Of a DNA stretch of 64,000 nt, positions 37,393-50,500 are shown piece by piece. How positions within the stretch are numbered: the first letter of the stretch is position 1; every line of letters begins with the position of its first letter. The translations under genes were made by a program, and so were the position numbers. Where the stretch lies: NCBI GenBank assembly GCA_050273025.1, contig CP158635.1:5208001-5272000 (forward strand), written 5' to 3'. The notes under the pieces were generated by a model that saw nothing but the letters and a program-made list of their open reading frames with translations, was not told the origin of the DNA and made no database searches. The stretch comes from Cenococcum geophilum. Its lineage: Eukaryota.

Positions 37393-40300
37393 CACTTCTT
37401 AGATACACAATGCAATCGCCCACTAAAGAAACCTGCGAAATAAGCCCAATAGAGCTCCCACGAGCTCCAGAGGACTACAAAAACCCTTCCTATCAAAACC
37501 ACACACCCCAATTCGGCGTTAGTAGAGGTATATATAGTGTTTTCTAATATATAGCCCCTAAAGCCGGATTATAACAAACAAATAAACCCCTAACCCCAAC
37601 CACCCTAACCACCCTAATTAAACAGCGCGCCTTTTAAGAACGCGTTCTATAGACTATATAAACCGCAAAATAAACCTAGCAGGCACTATAGAAACGATCT
37701 CTTAATATAGACAAGGAGCGCTCTACTATTATTCTCCTTCCTCACTACCGCGATTATAACCCTCTAGATAGCCTTCGCTACGTTAGCGGAGCTTATCTAA
37801 ACTTAAAGAACCTAGGAGCAATATGCCTAGAATATAAAGGCAATCCGGACAGATATTGGCGCCCTTAGGAAGGCCGTAACAATAGCTATAAAAAGCAGAC
37901 CGACGTTTATAGGCCCGCTGTTATACGTATACATCGCTGCCACTATACCTATAATGCCCCAAGCTATAAGATAAGTTGCCTATAAACCTACAGAAGTATA
38001 TTAGATTATAATCCGCATAGGTAACGCCACCAACTATAAGGAAACCTTAAAGCAGAACAGCTAAGCCTTAGTACATAAACTCTAGGCCGTAGGACACCTA
38101 GACACCCACAGGATATAGGCCGTAAAGAAGTTATAAAGCGGTGACGTTAGGGCGTATGTTATAGATAAAGACGTAAAAGATAAGTTGCTATAAGAAATAA
38201 AGTAGACGAAGGTCCTTAGACGCTTAGCTATACTAGCTGTTCTACTAGTACTAGTAGAGGTCCACGTGGTACCTATAAGCCTCGCTATCTAAGGCCTAAA
38301 GGCTAAGCAAATAATAAAAGATATAATAAAGCAGAACTGTACTATAGCGGGGCTTACAGTAGAAAGGCTGGCGTGGAAAAGGCTAGGAAGAGTCTAAATA
38401 GGACAAAAGGTCAAATCGTCACTTATTATAGGTATACAGTTAAAAGAGTTAGCAAATGTGCTATTTAATTAGGGCCTCTTCCTAGGAGGAGACTACTACC
38501 TAGTTATAAGGCATAAGACAACATTTCTAGTAACGCAGTGCTTTAAATACTAAGGCTTTAACTATATAGCCAAGAGTTATAGAAAAGAAGCTAGATGCGG
38601 ACACTGTGCTAGGTAATATAATACTAGCAAATATATAGGAGACCTACCTAAAAAGTGTATTAACTGTAAAGTAGACTATAAGGCATAAAACGGGGCGTGT
38701 AGTGTTAAGCAGACATAGTAGGAGAAGGCTATAGCAATTAGGGCCTATACGCTAACACACTATATAGGCATCTATAAGGCACCTATAAGTAGATAGTAAT
38801 CACAATTATAGTATAAGATCACTACTAAGGAGGCCTTATAACGAGCTAAGAAAAGGAAGCTAAAGGAAATAGTTACACAAGAGAGCTCTATATAGGCAGA
38901 GGAAGCCCCCTAAAAGGTCAGCCGGCCACAAACCTTCAATTATTCTAGGAAGGAAATAGGTTAGAGGACCCTCCAATTAACACTCTAAATAATACTATAT
39001 GGTAGTATATACGCCCTAATTTAAATCCTAGTAACCTAGGAGCCCCTACTAAATATAGAGTTTAATATAGAGGTGGAAGCAGAAGCCCAGATCCGGAGAG
39101 AGGCATTTAAAGGCTTTAAAACTGTATTATAAGGAAGTAAACGGACGCTAAAGGGCACTAACTTAGCTAACTCAGAGGCTAGTATAGATCTCTTATATTA
39201 GGACACCGGAAAACACTTATAATTATACAGTATAATACTAATAATAGTAGGAACAGCGTACTGCTCTACTTTCTATAAGAGGTAGAGTAGGCGGACCCCT
39301 AGCTAAATATATTAGCCATTTAGGAGCCATAGCAGAGGGATTAAGGAAATATAATATATACTATAAAATCCTACCACCTAGTATATATGGGTGTAGGTAA
39401 TATAAGGGTCTGCTTCTATATAAATAAGGCTATTAATATAAATAAGTAGGCGCCTATATACTACTTAGCGGACGTATATATAATTAAGCTAGAGGGCTGT
39501 AAGAGGACTATCTAGATTTATAATATTTATAACCCCTAATAGACGAATAGCAATATCTATATACTACTGGAGCTGCTAAGGGCCGAAGGAGAACATATAC
39601 TATTAGGTAATTTTAATCTACACTACCCCTTTTAGGGGGGTATAATAGTAATATACGCGGATAACGCGGTAGATAACCTTATCCGCGCTATAGAGGTAGC
39701 TAGCCTAAGCCTAGCCACTAAGGCGGGCATAGAGACGTGGGTAAAAGGTATATTAAGAAGCACGCTAGACCTAGTGTTTACCTCCTCCTAGATTACTAAT
39801 AGGCTATTATAGAGTTAAAGATAAGACCGCTAGCATATAGGGTCTAACCACTTTCCTATTATTACAAAGGTGGACGTAGAGATGCTAGAGGGGCCCCCCT
39901 TACCTAGGAGACCGCTATAGAAGAAGGCTAATTAGAAAGTGGTGCAGAGCGAGCTAGAGGGCTAACTTTAGCCCCTATATAGACTCCCATGCGATATAAG
40001 AGATAAACTAAACACGCTAGCAAAGGCTATATACCAGGCGATTAAGAATATTATAGTAAAAACAGTACCTAACGCGCGGCCCTTGCCGTAAGCCTCTAAA
40101 GTATAGTTAGAGGAATATATAGAAGTAGTAAAAGAAACCTAATAGGCCTTCTGGGTATAGAAGGTCTCTTAATTAATACCTAACTAGATTAACTATAGAG
40201 TTATATAAAATAAGAAGAAAAGGGAAATCTAATAAGAGGCTAATAAGCTATAGAGGAGGACCGTTAAAAAGTTAATAAATAACCCTAAAGGGATATAGAG

Positions 40301-43281
40301 GATAGTAAAATAGGCATATATAGCGGACGGGAAGCCAAAGGCCCTACTATAGTTTCCTCCTATTAGCAGACTAGGAGAGGAGACCCTACACTATAATAAT
40401 AAGGAGAAGGCTACTACCCTTATAGAGCAGTTTTTCCTACTACCGGTAGAGGCAGACCTTAGCAATATATTAGGGTTTATATACCCAAAGCCGCGAACAG
40501 TAAAGGAAGTAGTTAAGGAGGAGGATATTATTATAGCCCTAAAGGGGCTTGCCCCTAATAAGGCCCTAGGTTTAAAGAAGATTACTAATTAATTTCTTAA
40601 GATATATAGAGAGCAGCTAGCCCTAGTACTGGCTAAACTCTTTAGCAGCTATATAGCAATTAGACATCACCTAAAACTGTTTAAAGACGCTATTATAGTA
40701 GTTCTCCAGAAACCGCAGAAGCTATCCTATACCACGGCAAAGGCCTACTAGCTAATCGCGCTACTTAATACCATTAGGAAGCTACTTAAGAGAATAGTAG
40801 CTAGCTAACTATCTAAAATTACGGAGGAGACGGGTATACTACTAGCTAGTTAAATAGGAGTAAGGCCGGGGCACTTAACGTAAATAGTACTGGAGCTACT
40901 AACCTAACAGGTATATATAGTATAGAGGAGTAACCTAAACCTAGTAGCCTTATTACTTAGCCTTAATATTTCCGGGGCCTTTAACTAAGTCTTTTATAAT
41001 AATAAAAATCTATAATATAAAGGCCTAAGCGGTGCCCTACTAAATAGTATAGTTTATAAAGTTTTTCCTTAAGGATTAAACAACGAGGCTCTTAATTAGA
41101 GGATATATGGCATAAATAATATAAATAAACACCGGTATACCCTAAGGCTTAGCGCTATTACTAATCCTATTTCTCTTTTTTACCTATACACTCCTACTAG
41201 AGCTGGAAGGGGGAACCACTATAGCATTCGGATTTATTAATAACTCTAATATACTAATATATAGTAAGACTATGGAGGAAAACTATAGAATTATAGAAAG
41301 GGCGTATAAGGTATATATGGCGTAGGCACACTAGTATAGGGTAATATTTGCCCCTAAAAAGTACCACCTTATCCATTTTATAAGGAGCTATAAAAGGTTT
41401 AATATAAAGGCCACAGCTAATATATATAGCTTTACGGAAGGCCTAGTTAGTAACCTATATATATTAGGGGTATAGGTTAACTTAAAGCTTAAATAGGGAC
41501 CGTATGTTAACATCGTTAAGATAAAGGCGATTACCTAAATAGCCGCACTAACCCGGCTTATGGCCTCTATATAGGGCGCCTCCTTCTAAAAGGTACGGAT
41601 AGTATACTCCGCCGTAGTCTGGCCAGCAATCTTATACGGATATAGTACCTAGTACTCGCTACTAAAGTAAATAAAGCCTAAGGAGATAAGTAAAACCAAG
41701 CTGCGCCAGCTGGGTATAGCACAAAACCTATATCTCTGCACTATTGCAGGGGCGTATAAATTAACGCTAATAGTAGTACTGGAGCATAAGACGGGATTTC
41801 CGCCGCTTTAGATACACCTTAAAGAGCTAGCTATAGCCTACGTAAAAAGGACGCTAGAAGGACCGGTAAGAGAGTATATTAAGAGGGAGTGCAATACTAT
41901 ACAGGCCATAATAGCCTACTAACTCCGGCCTAGAATAAAGCTACTAATACGGCCCACTAGACGGGATAAGCTTAAGAGGATAGTGGCCGCTATCTTAGGG
42001 ACAGATATATAGCTAATAGACTTATCTAAAGCGCAGTATAAGAGAAGTAGAAGGGCTAGGGTAAAAGAGGCGTTTAAGGAGCGGTGAAAAAGGGAATAGG
42101 AAAAGTACTAGAGCACGCTTACCTACTATATAACGGCTTAGGCCGAGCTATAGAATAAGGAAGTCTTTAAACGCCACGTGGGGCTTATAAAGGTAGAAAG
42201 TATAATTAATATATTGCTCAGAACTAAGTATATAGGGCTTAATAGATACCTTTATTACCAAAAAGTACTAGGGCACCTAACTCCAGCCTACCTATACGGC
42301 TATAGCCAACAATTAATAATATACGTAGTGGTGTTCTACCCTAGGCACGCTGCTAGCCAGGCGGAAATATATTACTATACTAGAATATTCTTATATAAAG
42401 AGCTCCTAATTAAGCTAAAGGCTGCTAAGGTAGTTATAGACTGGTTTATATAGACAAACCTCTTACTGCACCTTTTATTTGCTAGAAAGCTGGCTAGGGT
42501 AAAGAAAGGAGGCTAAAAAGTGCTTTAAGAGGCGGAGAATAAATACTACAGGGATGGTAGAATATAGTAGATTTTCGCAGATAGCAACCTAGCAGAAGTT
42601 AGTAGAACTCTAGTAACCCAGTAAAATTTAGCAAAACCCATTAACCTGGCAGAATTTAGTAGAATTTAGCAACCTAATAGAAGTTAGCAGAATTTTAGCA
42701 ACCTAACAGAATTTAGCAGAGTTTTAGTAACCTAATAAAATTTAGTAGAATCTTAGCAACCTAGCAGAATTTAATAACCTAATAGAAGCTAGCAAAACCT
42801 TAGTAACTTGGTAGAATCTAACAGAATTTAGTAACCTAGCAGAATTTAGTAGAGGTTAATATCCTAATAGAACTTAATAAAACTTAGCAAGGTATAGAGC
42901 TAAGTATATTAACGTAGATATAAATAACGGAACCTTCTACACCACTACTAGCCTTAAGGGCTACTAGCCTATACCCTACCTAGATAACCGGAGCAGCCAG
43001 GAACGGAACCTAGGCCCTAGCTATACACCCCACTAGACAAACCCAAAAGTACGCATTAAGATAGCTTTTCTATAGCGCCTTAAAGAGACGTCTACTTGTG
43101 CTTGGCAGTTACTAATTAGAAGAGAGGCTATATAGGCCATATAATAAGAGAAGGAGAGGTTTTATCCGGCCCTAGCGGTACGGTTCCCCTCTTATACATA
43201 TATATATATATACCCATATAGACCCGCTACATAGACCCTAACGGGAGCCGCAATAGCGTAATTAAATAGTATAACATAACA
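37393..43281 (+). mobile_element. Full-length Tad1-like LINE (ORF1 with zinc knuckles; ORF2 APE endonuclease + RT), RIP-degraded
   Basis: 13-bp TSD TATCTCGTAAATC (37380-37392, 43282-43294); (ATAAC)n tail; CX2CX4HX4C relics ~38535-38700; APE motifs ILAIQEPW, LGDFNLHHP, SDHFPI; RT motifs IALLNTIGK, QGSALSP (all de-RIPed). Confidence 0.93.
42575..42890. repeat. Minisatellite (AGCAGAATTT/AGCAACCT units) in the LINE 3' region
   Basis: Directly visible degenerate tandem array downstream of ORF2. Confidence 0.7.
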
Positions 43282-46200
43282 TATCTCGTAAATCAGATAT
43301 TAAGGATAATAAATTTAATATAGGCGAAATATTTAGTAACGATAAGGTAATAAAGGTAGCTTACTAGGAGTATATAGACCTTAGAGATGTTATAAAAGAG
43401 GTAAAGGATAATTCTACTACAGAATAGGGAATATTAGTAGGGATTAAGACTCTACTAGATATAATGTCTATTACTTTATAAGACGCAAGAGAAGTAGGAT
43501 AATAAACTACTTCGGCACTTAATAAAGGTAAAAGGCTTAAGATTCTTAAGAAGAGATAAAAGACGCTTAAGATTCTTAAGACGAGATAAGATAAGCTTAA
43601 AGACCTATAATAGATAATAACCGATAGAGTAGAGCAATGTCTTAGTTTAGTAATATATAAATAAGCTTAGGACGAAGTTTCCTATGGATACAAGATTCTT
43701 AAAAAGAAATAAGAACACCGTAGAAGCCTAGTTAGACTAAGGCTAGAGCGAAGCTTAAGAAAAAAGTAAGCTTAGGATTAAGAATCCTATAGGACCAAGA
43801 TTTTAGCAACTAAATAAAGACTATCGAAGAAATTACGAGTAAGGCTCAGCAATAAAATTAAAGGGTTAATACTACAACTAAAAAGTAAGAGAACTTTAAG
43901 GATTTACTTATAAGATGTAAACCAAAAGAAACTAGAAAAGAATTTAGATAAAGAATTATTGCGTAGTAAGAACAGAAACTAGATTAGAGAACTAGTATAC
44001 TAGGTTATACTAGGGACAGAATACCTATATAAAAATTTACTAATAGGCTTAGGGTAGAAATACTAAGAGCTAAGTAGCTTATTAAACTAGAAAATAAAGA
44101 GAATCTAGAGATCCCTACTAGATTTAAAGAATGGTATATAAAGGGCTATTACAATATAGTAATAAGAAGATACTTCCTTATAGATAAGCCGTATACACTC
44201 TAGTAGCTATACTAAAAGTAGTATAGGTAACGACACAATAATAAGTAGGAAGACTTTTATATATAGTTAGATAAAAAAGTTATTTAGGACCACCCTATTA
44301 CAGAAAAGGCAATAAGTTACATTAAAGGAGCATTAATTATAATATTAAAAGATTTAGAGGAACGATTAGAGGACTAAAGAAGTAAAAGGCGTATATTAGT
44401 ACCCGCGAATAAAGTTATAACGTTTAGATTAATACGGCAAAGGTTTAAACTTAAAGGTAAAGACGAGTTAAGAGTTAACCTAAAGCACCTAGTATACTAT
44501 ACGCTATTATAAATTGCATGTGTGGATAATATATATAAGATACATAAGAATCTAAAAGAAAAGAATTAGAAGTACTTTATAAGGATATATTAGGCGCCGG
44601 AGGAGCAATAATATAGAAATGCTAAATATATATATAGATGGCATCTAGTAAAAGTTTAGAAGTTAGAAGACTTAATATTTTAATTAGAAAGATTCCTTAC
44701 GGAAGAATGCTTAGACGAATAATAGTAGTGGGAATGTCTAAAGAATATATGTTTATAGTATATTAAGGATAAAAAGCGAACTAGGTATTAGCTAAAAAGT
44801 AAACTAAGTATATAAAGATCTAGCAGCTAATAGTTAGGAAAAGTAGAGGCCTATAGGACTAGAAGGAGCTAGTAGTAGAGCCTTAGACCCTTAAAGGAAT
44901 TTAAGGATAATACCTAAATTTAAAAGTTAATTGGCAAGATTAACAGTTTAAAGTATTAATAGATAGTGGGGTAATAAGGAACCATATCTTATTAATAGCA
45001 GTTAAAAGAATAGGATTACCTTACAAGTAGAAGGAATAATTTTACCTATTAGTTATAATTTTAGGAGATCCAATAACCTATAAAGGAGGGATTATTAATC
45101 TTAAAATAGGACCTATTTAGATAACTATTAAAGGAAGATAAATTAAGATGTCTTTTAATATCCTACTATTAGGACGGGATAAGGCAGTATTAGGCATACC
45201 TTAGTTACAGGAATATAATCTAAAGATTAATTGGATTATAGATTAAGTTGATATTAAGGATACTTAATAATACAAAATGTAATAATAGACCAAGTTAGTA
45301 TAGTACTAAGTTAGAGTAATATATAAAGAGACTAAGTAAGGCTTAAGTTATATACTAAAGAGATATTATAAGTATAGCAAGAAACTATAAAGCCTAGAAA
45401 ATAAAAAGCTAGCAGATTATATAGTATAGGACTATAAAATAGAGTTAGAACTAGGAATAAATCTAAGGTTCTTTCTAACCTATAAGCTTACTTAAGAGAA
45501 GGTAAGAGCACTTAAGGAGTTTGTTTAGGAAAACTTACGGAAGGGATATATTAGACTATTATAGTTATTAGTAGGATATCCAGTATTGTTTATACTAAAG
45601 AAGAACGGAAAACTTAGGCTATATATTAACTATAGGCAGTTAAATAGTATTACTTAGAAGGATAGGTATCTTTTACCGTTAATTAGCGAAATTTAGGATT
45701 AGATAGGTAATGTATAAATCTTTATAAAGATAGATCTAAGATAGGCGTACTATTAGATTAGAATTAAAAAAGGCGATAAATAAAAGGCAGCCTTTAGGTT
45801 AAAGGAAGGACTATATAAACTATTAGTTATATAGTTTGGATTAATAAATATACTAGTAATATTCTAGAAACGAATTAATAGTGTATTAGGAGAACACCTT
45901 AATAAGTTTGTTATAGTATACCTTAATGATATTATTATCTACTTAATAACTAAGGAAGAATACGGAGAATATATTAAATGGGTCTTAAGGAGACTATAAG
46001 AAGAATAGATGCTAGTAGCAATTAAGAAATGTAAGTTCTTTATATGGAAGACCGATTTTATAAAATTTATTATTAAACTAGGTTATATTAGTATAGACCT
46101 AAAGAAGATTAAAGCTATAGTAAGTTAGTTAGAACTAGAGAATATAACGTAGTTAAGGTTATTTTTAAGAGTTTGTAACTACTACAGAAGGTTTATAGTA

Positions 46201-47519
46201 TAATAGTTAAAGAATATTAAACCATTTACTAGGCTTATAAAGAAAGAGAAACTATAAGTATAGGGAGATAAATAAAGGAAGTTATTTAAAGAACTTAAGG
46301 AGTTATTTACTTAGGAACTAATCCTTAAGATCTACTAACTAGAACTAGACACGGTTATAGAAACGAATATATTAAACTTTATACTAAAAGTATACTTATT
46401 ATAGAAGTATAGAAGTATATAGTACCTAATAGCATACTATAGTTAAAAAATAACACTACTAGAGTTAAACTATAATATCTATAATAAGGAGTTATTAGGT
46501 ATAGTTATAGTACTTAAGAAATAGAGAGCATTCTTATAAGGTGTAGAGAAACTATTTATAATTAAGACGGATTATAAGAACCTAATAGGGTTCCTAATAA
46601 TAAAAGAACTTAATTAGAGATAAGTTAGATAGGTAGAGATACTTACAGAATACTATTTTAAGATTTAGTATACTAAAGGGACTAAAAATATAAGAGTAGA
46701 CGCGCTTAGTAGAAAAGCTAAACTATAAAACAATAAGAAACTATTAGGAGTAATGCTACGCAAAGATAAGGACGGATTAATTAGATATAATTACCCTAAG
46801 CTAGCAGTAATTTAAGAAGATAATAAACTAGGAAGAGTCTACAAAATACTAGAAAGCTTTTAGGTATAGAGAATTCTAAAAGTATAGCTAAAAGATCTAT
46901 AAAAGGATATATATAAAAACTGAGAAGTAAAGTATATCCTAAGAAGTATCGTAGAATATTTTGTAGAAGATTTATATAAGGGAATAACTTAAGGATATAA
47001 TGGAGTATAGGCTTAGTATTAAGATTTTAGGAAGAATATATTATTAATAGAATCTAGGGCATCGCTAAAAAAGTAATAAAAGAGTGTTTAGATTGCTAAA
47101 GAAATAAACTAATAAGGTATAAGCTATATAGAGGGCTATAACCTATTAAAATACTAGAGAGACTATAGGAGGTTATATTATAGGACTTTATTATTAAATT
47201 ACTAAAGTTAAGAGATCCTATTACTGGATAGGAGTATAATGTAATTCTAGTAATAGTGGACAAGTTAACTAAATAGGGCTACTTTATAGTATGTATAGAA
47301 GAAATCTTAGTAGAAGATGTCGCTAGAATCTATATTAAAGAAGTATTTGTAAGATATAGAGCACTGAGTAAGATTATATCGGATAGGGATTTAAGATTTA
47401 TAGCAGTATTCTAGAAGGTATTTTTAGCGGAATAAGGGGTTTGCGTAGCAATATTAATAGTATATTATCTATAAACGGATAGATAGATAGAAAGATTAAA
47501 TTAGACGTTAGAATAATAT

Positions 47520-50500
47520 TGTTACGGGACAAGGGTAGTGGCTACAAAGTGTACGTATTTGAGGAGTCTATAAGACATTACGCGATCGATTGTAAGGGTT
47601 AAGGGCGTAAGGAGGTAATATACCTACGCGTAGCTAATATAAGCTATACGCGAGGTATACGCGAGAGCACGGGGCTCTCCTATAGAGGCCCTTATAGTAG
47701 GGTTCCGTAATACTACCCCCCCTCCTATAAAGGCGGAGCTCCGGCGACGCTGTAGTTACTATATATATATAGAAGGGACACTTAAGATATAAAAAAGAAG
47801 AAAAAAAGGGGGGTATTACTAAAGATTTAAAACAACGTTATGTAATAAGGCTTAGCATCTAAAAATCCAACTAATTAGATAACTTTAACCGCCGGTTAAA
47901 GTTCCTAGATATCTTAACAATATTCTAGTTACGTAATCGCACTTTGCCGCAATCTAATAGTAATCTAACGGCAATTTTCCCTTACGTGGTAATATACAAT
48001 GGCTTAACTCTATAAGGGTGTAACGGCGCTATCGCACGTTACCTGCTAAATTCTGCTATATTCTGCCGACCTGCGATTGGCCCGCCTAAAGCTAGCGCCT
48101 TGGCGGCTTACCCTATATATTTGTTTACATCGGTTCTGGCGACCCCTTTTCCTTCTCTTTAGCTTAGTATCTTTATAATATAGCATTCTATAAGCTTTGG
48201 TTTAGAGGCATTTGTATAAGCCGTGATATTATACTAAGCTTATCTTACCTTGCCTAGGAAGGCCTTAATAATATCCTACCCTAAAGAAACTTCGTCTATA
48301 ACGACGTATTAACGCGCTATACTTAGATACTAAAACAGCTCTATATTGCCTAGGAAGGCCTGGATAATATCCTACCTTATAAGCTAGATAGGACTGGACC
48401 TGTACCCCCGGAATTAAAACTAAAGCGTATAATACTAATAAACCTTAGGAAGCTAATAATAGTACCTAAAGCAAGCTTATCTAAGAGAGCTGCCTCTACT
48501 TAAGAGGAACCTAAGATCTAATTGGGATTAGAAATTAAAGATAATGATGACGTCGTAGATATATATATAAGTAGATTCGCGCCCTTATAGCTAGCTAGGA
48601 AGCCGATTGTCTTAAAGCGAGAAATATATAAGAGACCCTATAAGAGATCCTAGAAAGCCTTACGGCCCTATAAAATAGCCCAGCTTCCCCTTTTTAAAGC
48701 CCTAGCTAACCTATTTACTCTACTAAATATAATATACTAGGGAGTATGGATATAATAACGAAGTAATTAAAGTCTGTTAAGCTCCCTAACCCCCTATTAC
48801 TGTCTAATGGGATAAACCCTACCTTTAAGAATTGGAGGATTTAAGTATAAGGAAAGCTCCGCGTTAACTATAACTATTTCCTTTCTAAAGAAGCTAAAAT
48901 GCTCTACCTCTTTGGTTGAACTACTGGGGACGCCTAATAGTACCTTTAAGCTAAGTTTAAGGACGACTCCCCTGTCTAATTTATATCTGTTAATAAGATA
49001 ATATAGTACCTAGTGGCTATTTATATTAACCCGAATAAAGTACGGGATGCCTATTATAACTATAATTGCCTAATAATAAAACCGAACTAACCCTTTACTA
49101 AATTCTAGACTTAATTTCTATACCTTGTAGGAGAAGGCTAGGTTCCCCTTAAGAACTACTAATTAGACCTATATAATAAGCTAATAATTTGGCTATAAGA
49201 AAAGATTGCTATAACTTTAGATAACCTACTAACCTATAAAAGACTTATAGCTTATTGCCTATTATTAGACTTAGAACTAAAGCGGATTAATGCCCGCCCT
49301 AATTAGTAGAAGCGACTCTATAATAATTAGAACTCGCTAGCTATACCTATAGGAGCTAGAGTAGGAAGATAGGTTACGACTGCTCTTATACTAAAGGTGG
49401 TTATAACTATATATTAGTAAGCCTTGCCTAACTAGTTATATACTACGCTATTAACTAGTATTCGCTGTAATACTCTAATTAACCCTGCCTTGGCTATATG
49501 CTATAACTATAATAAGTAGGGTTACTTTACCTTGTCCTGCCCGGAGCTAAAGGATATAGGTGATATTAAGGAGATAGAGGAAGGAGAAACGTCTGATAAG
49601 TTAGGAAAAGAAGAACCCTAGGGAAAGACTTCCCCCTAGGGTACCCTATTAATCTTAAAGAGATTAATCTTAGTTAGTTAATAGGTGGAAAGTATTTTAT
49701 AGTTTTATATATAGTATCTTAGAATGGATATAGAGTTAATATAACCGCCCTTATTAATACTAGAGTAAATAGCTTTGCCTTTATAAATACTGCCTGTGTA
49801 AATAATATTGCTAAGTTTTTAAATGCAGAAGCTATCCGACTAGAGAAGCCTGTTTAGGTAAAAGGCTATAATAGCTAAGCCGGTTAGCCCGTTACCTATA
49901 TCTTAAAGTTATATATCGCTTTTAATGGACGACGCTAATATAGTATCCCCTTTTGTATTCTAGATCTGGGATCCTATAATGTAATCCTTGGACGAAAATA
50001 GATGTCCTATTTTAATATTTGGTTAAATATATAATAAAGACGGTTCGTTTAGCCGGAGGATAGACTAAGGTTGCCCTCCTTTATTAGGGAGATCCGAACT
50101 AACTATAAGACACTAGCCGTAAGGGCTAACCCTACCTACTAGTAGGATGTCTGGGCCCGTGACCTAGCCTTTGCCTAAGAAGACGCCTACCGTAAAGCTG
50201 GAAAGAACTTTATATTAATAAAGATACTCTCCTAAAGCGCTACGTTTAAAGAGGACTCTATATATAGAAGTGGGATAGATAGTAATATAGATAACGTCTA
50301 AATTGTACGGATTTAACCAGTATAGAAAAGAACGTATTAATAGGATATGAGGGATAACCTCTGAAAGATGTAATAGGAGCTAAAAGGAGTAAAGATAACA
50401 CTAGTACCCTAGAAGTCCCTAAAGTTATATACGCCCCTATTATTAGGCAACCCCCCTACTATAGATATCGCCGTAATTAGCGCTATAGTGTTCCACTTTA

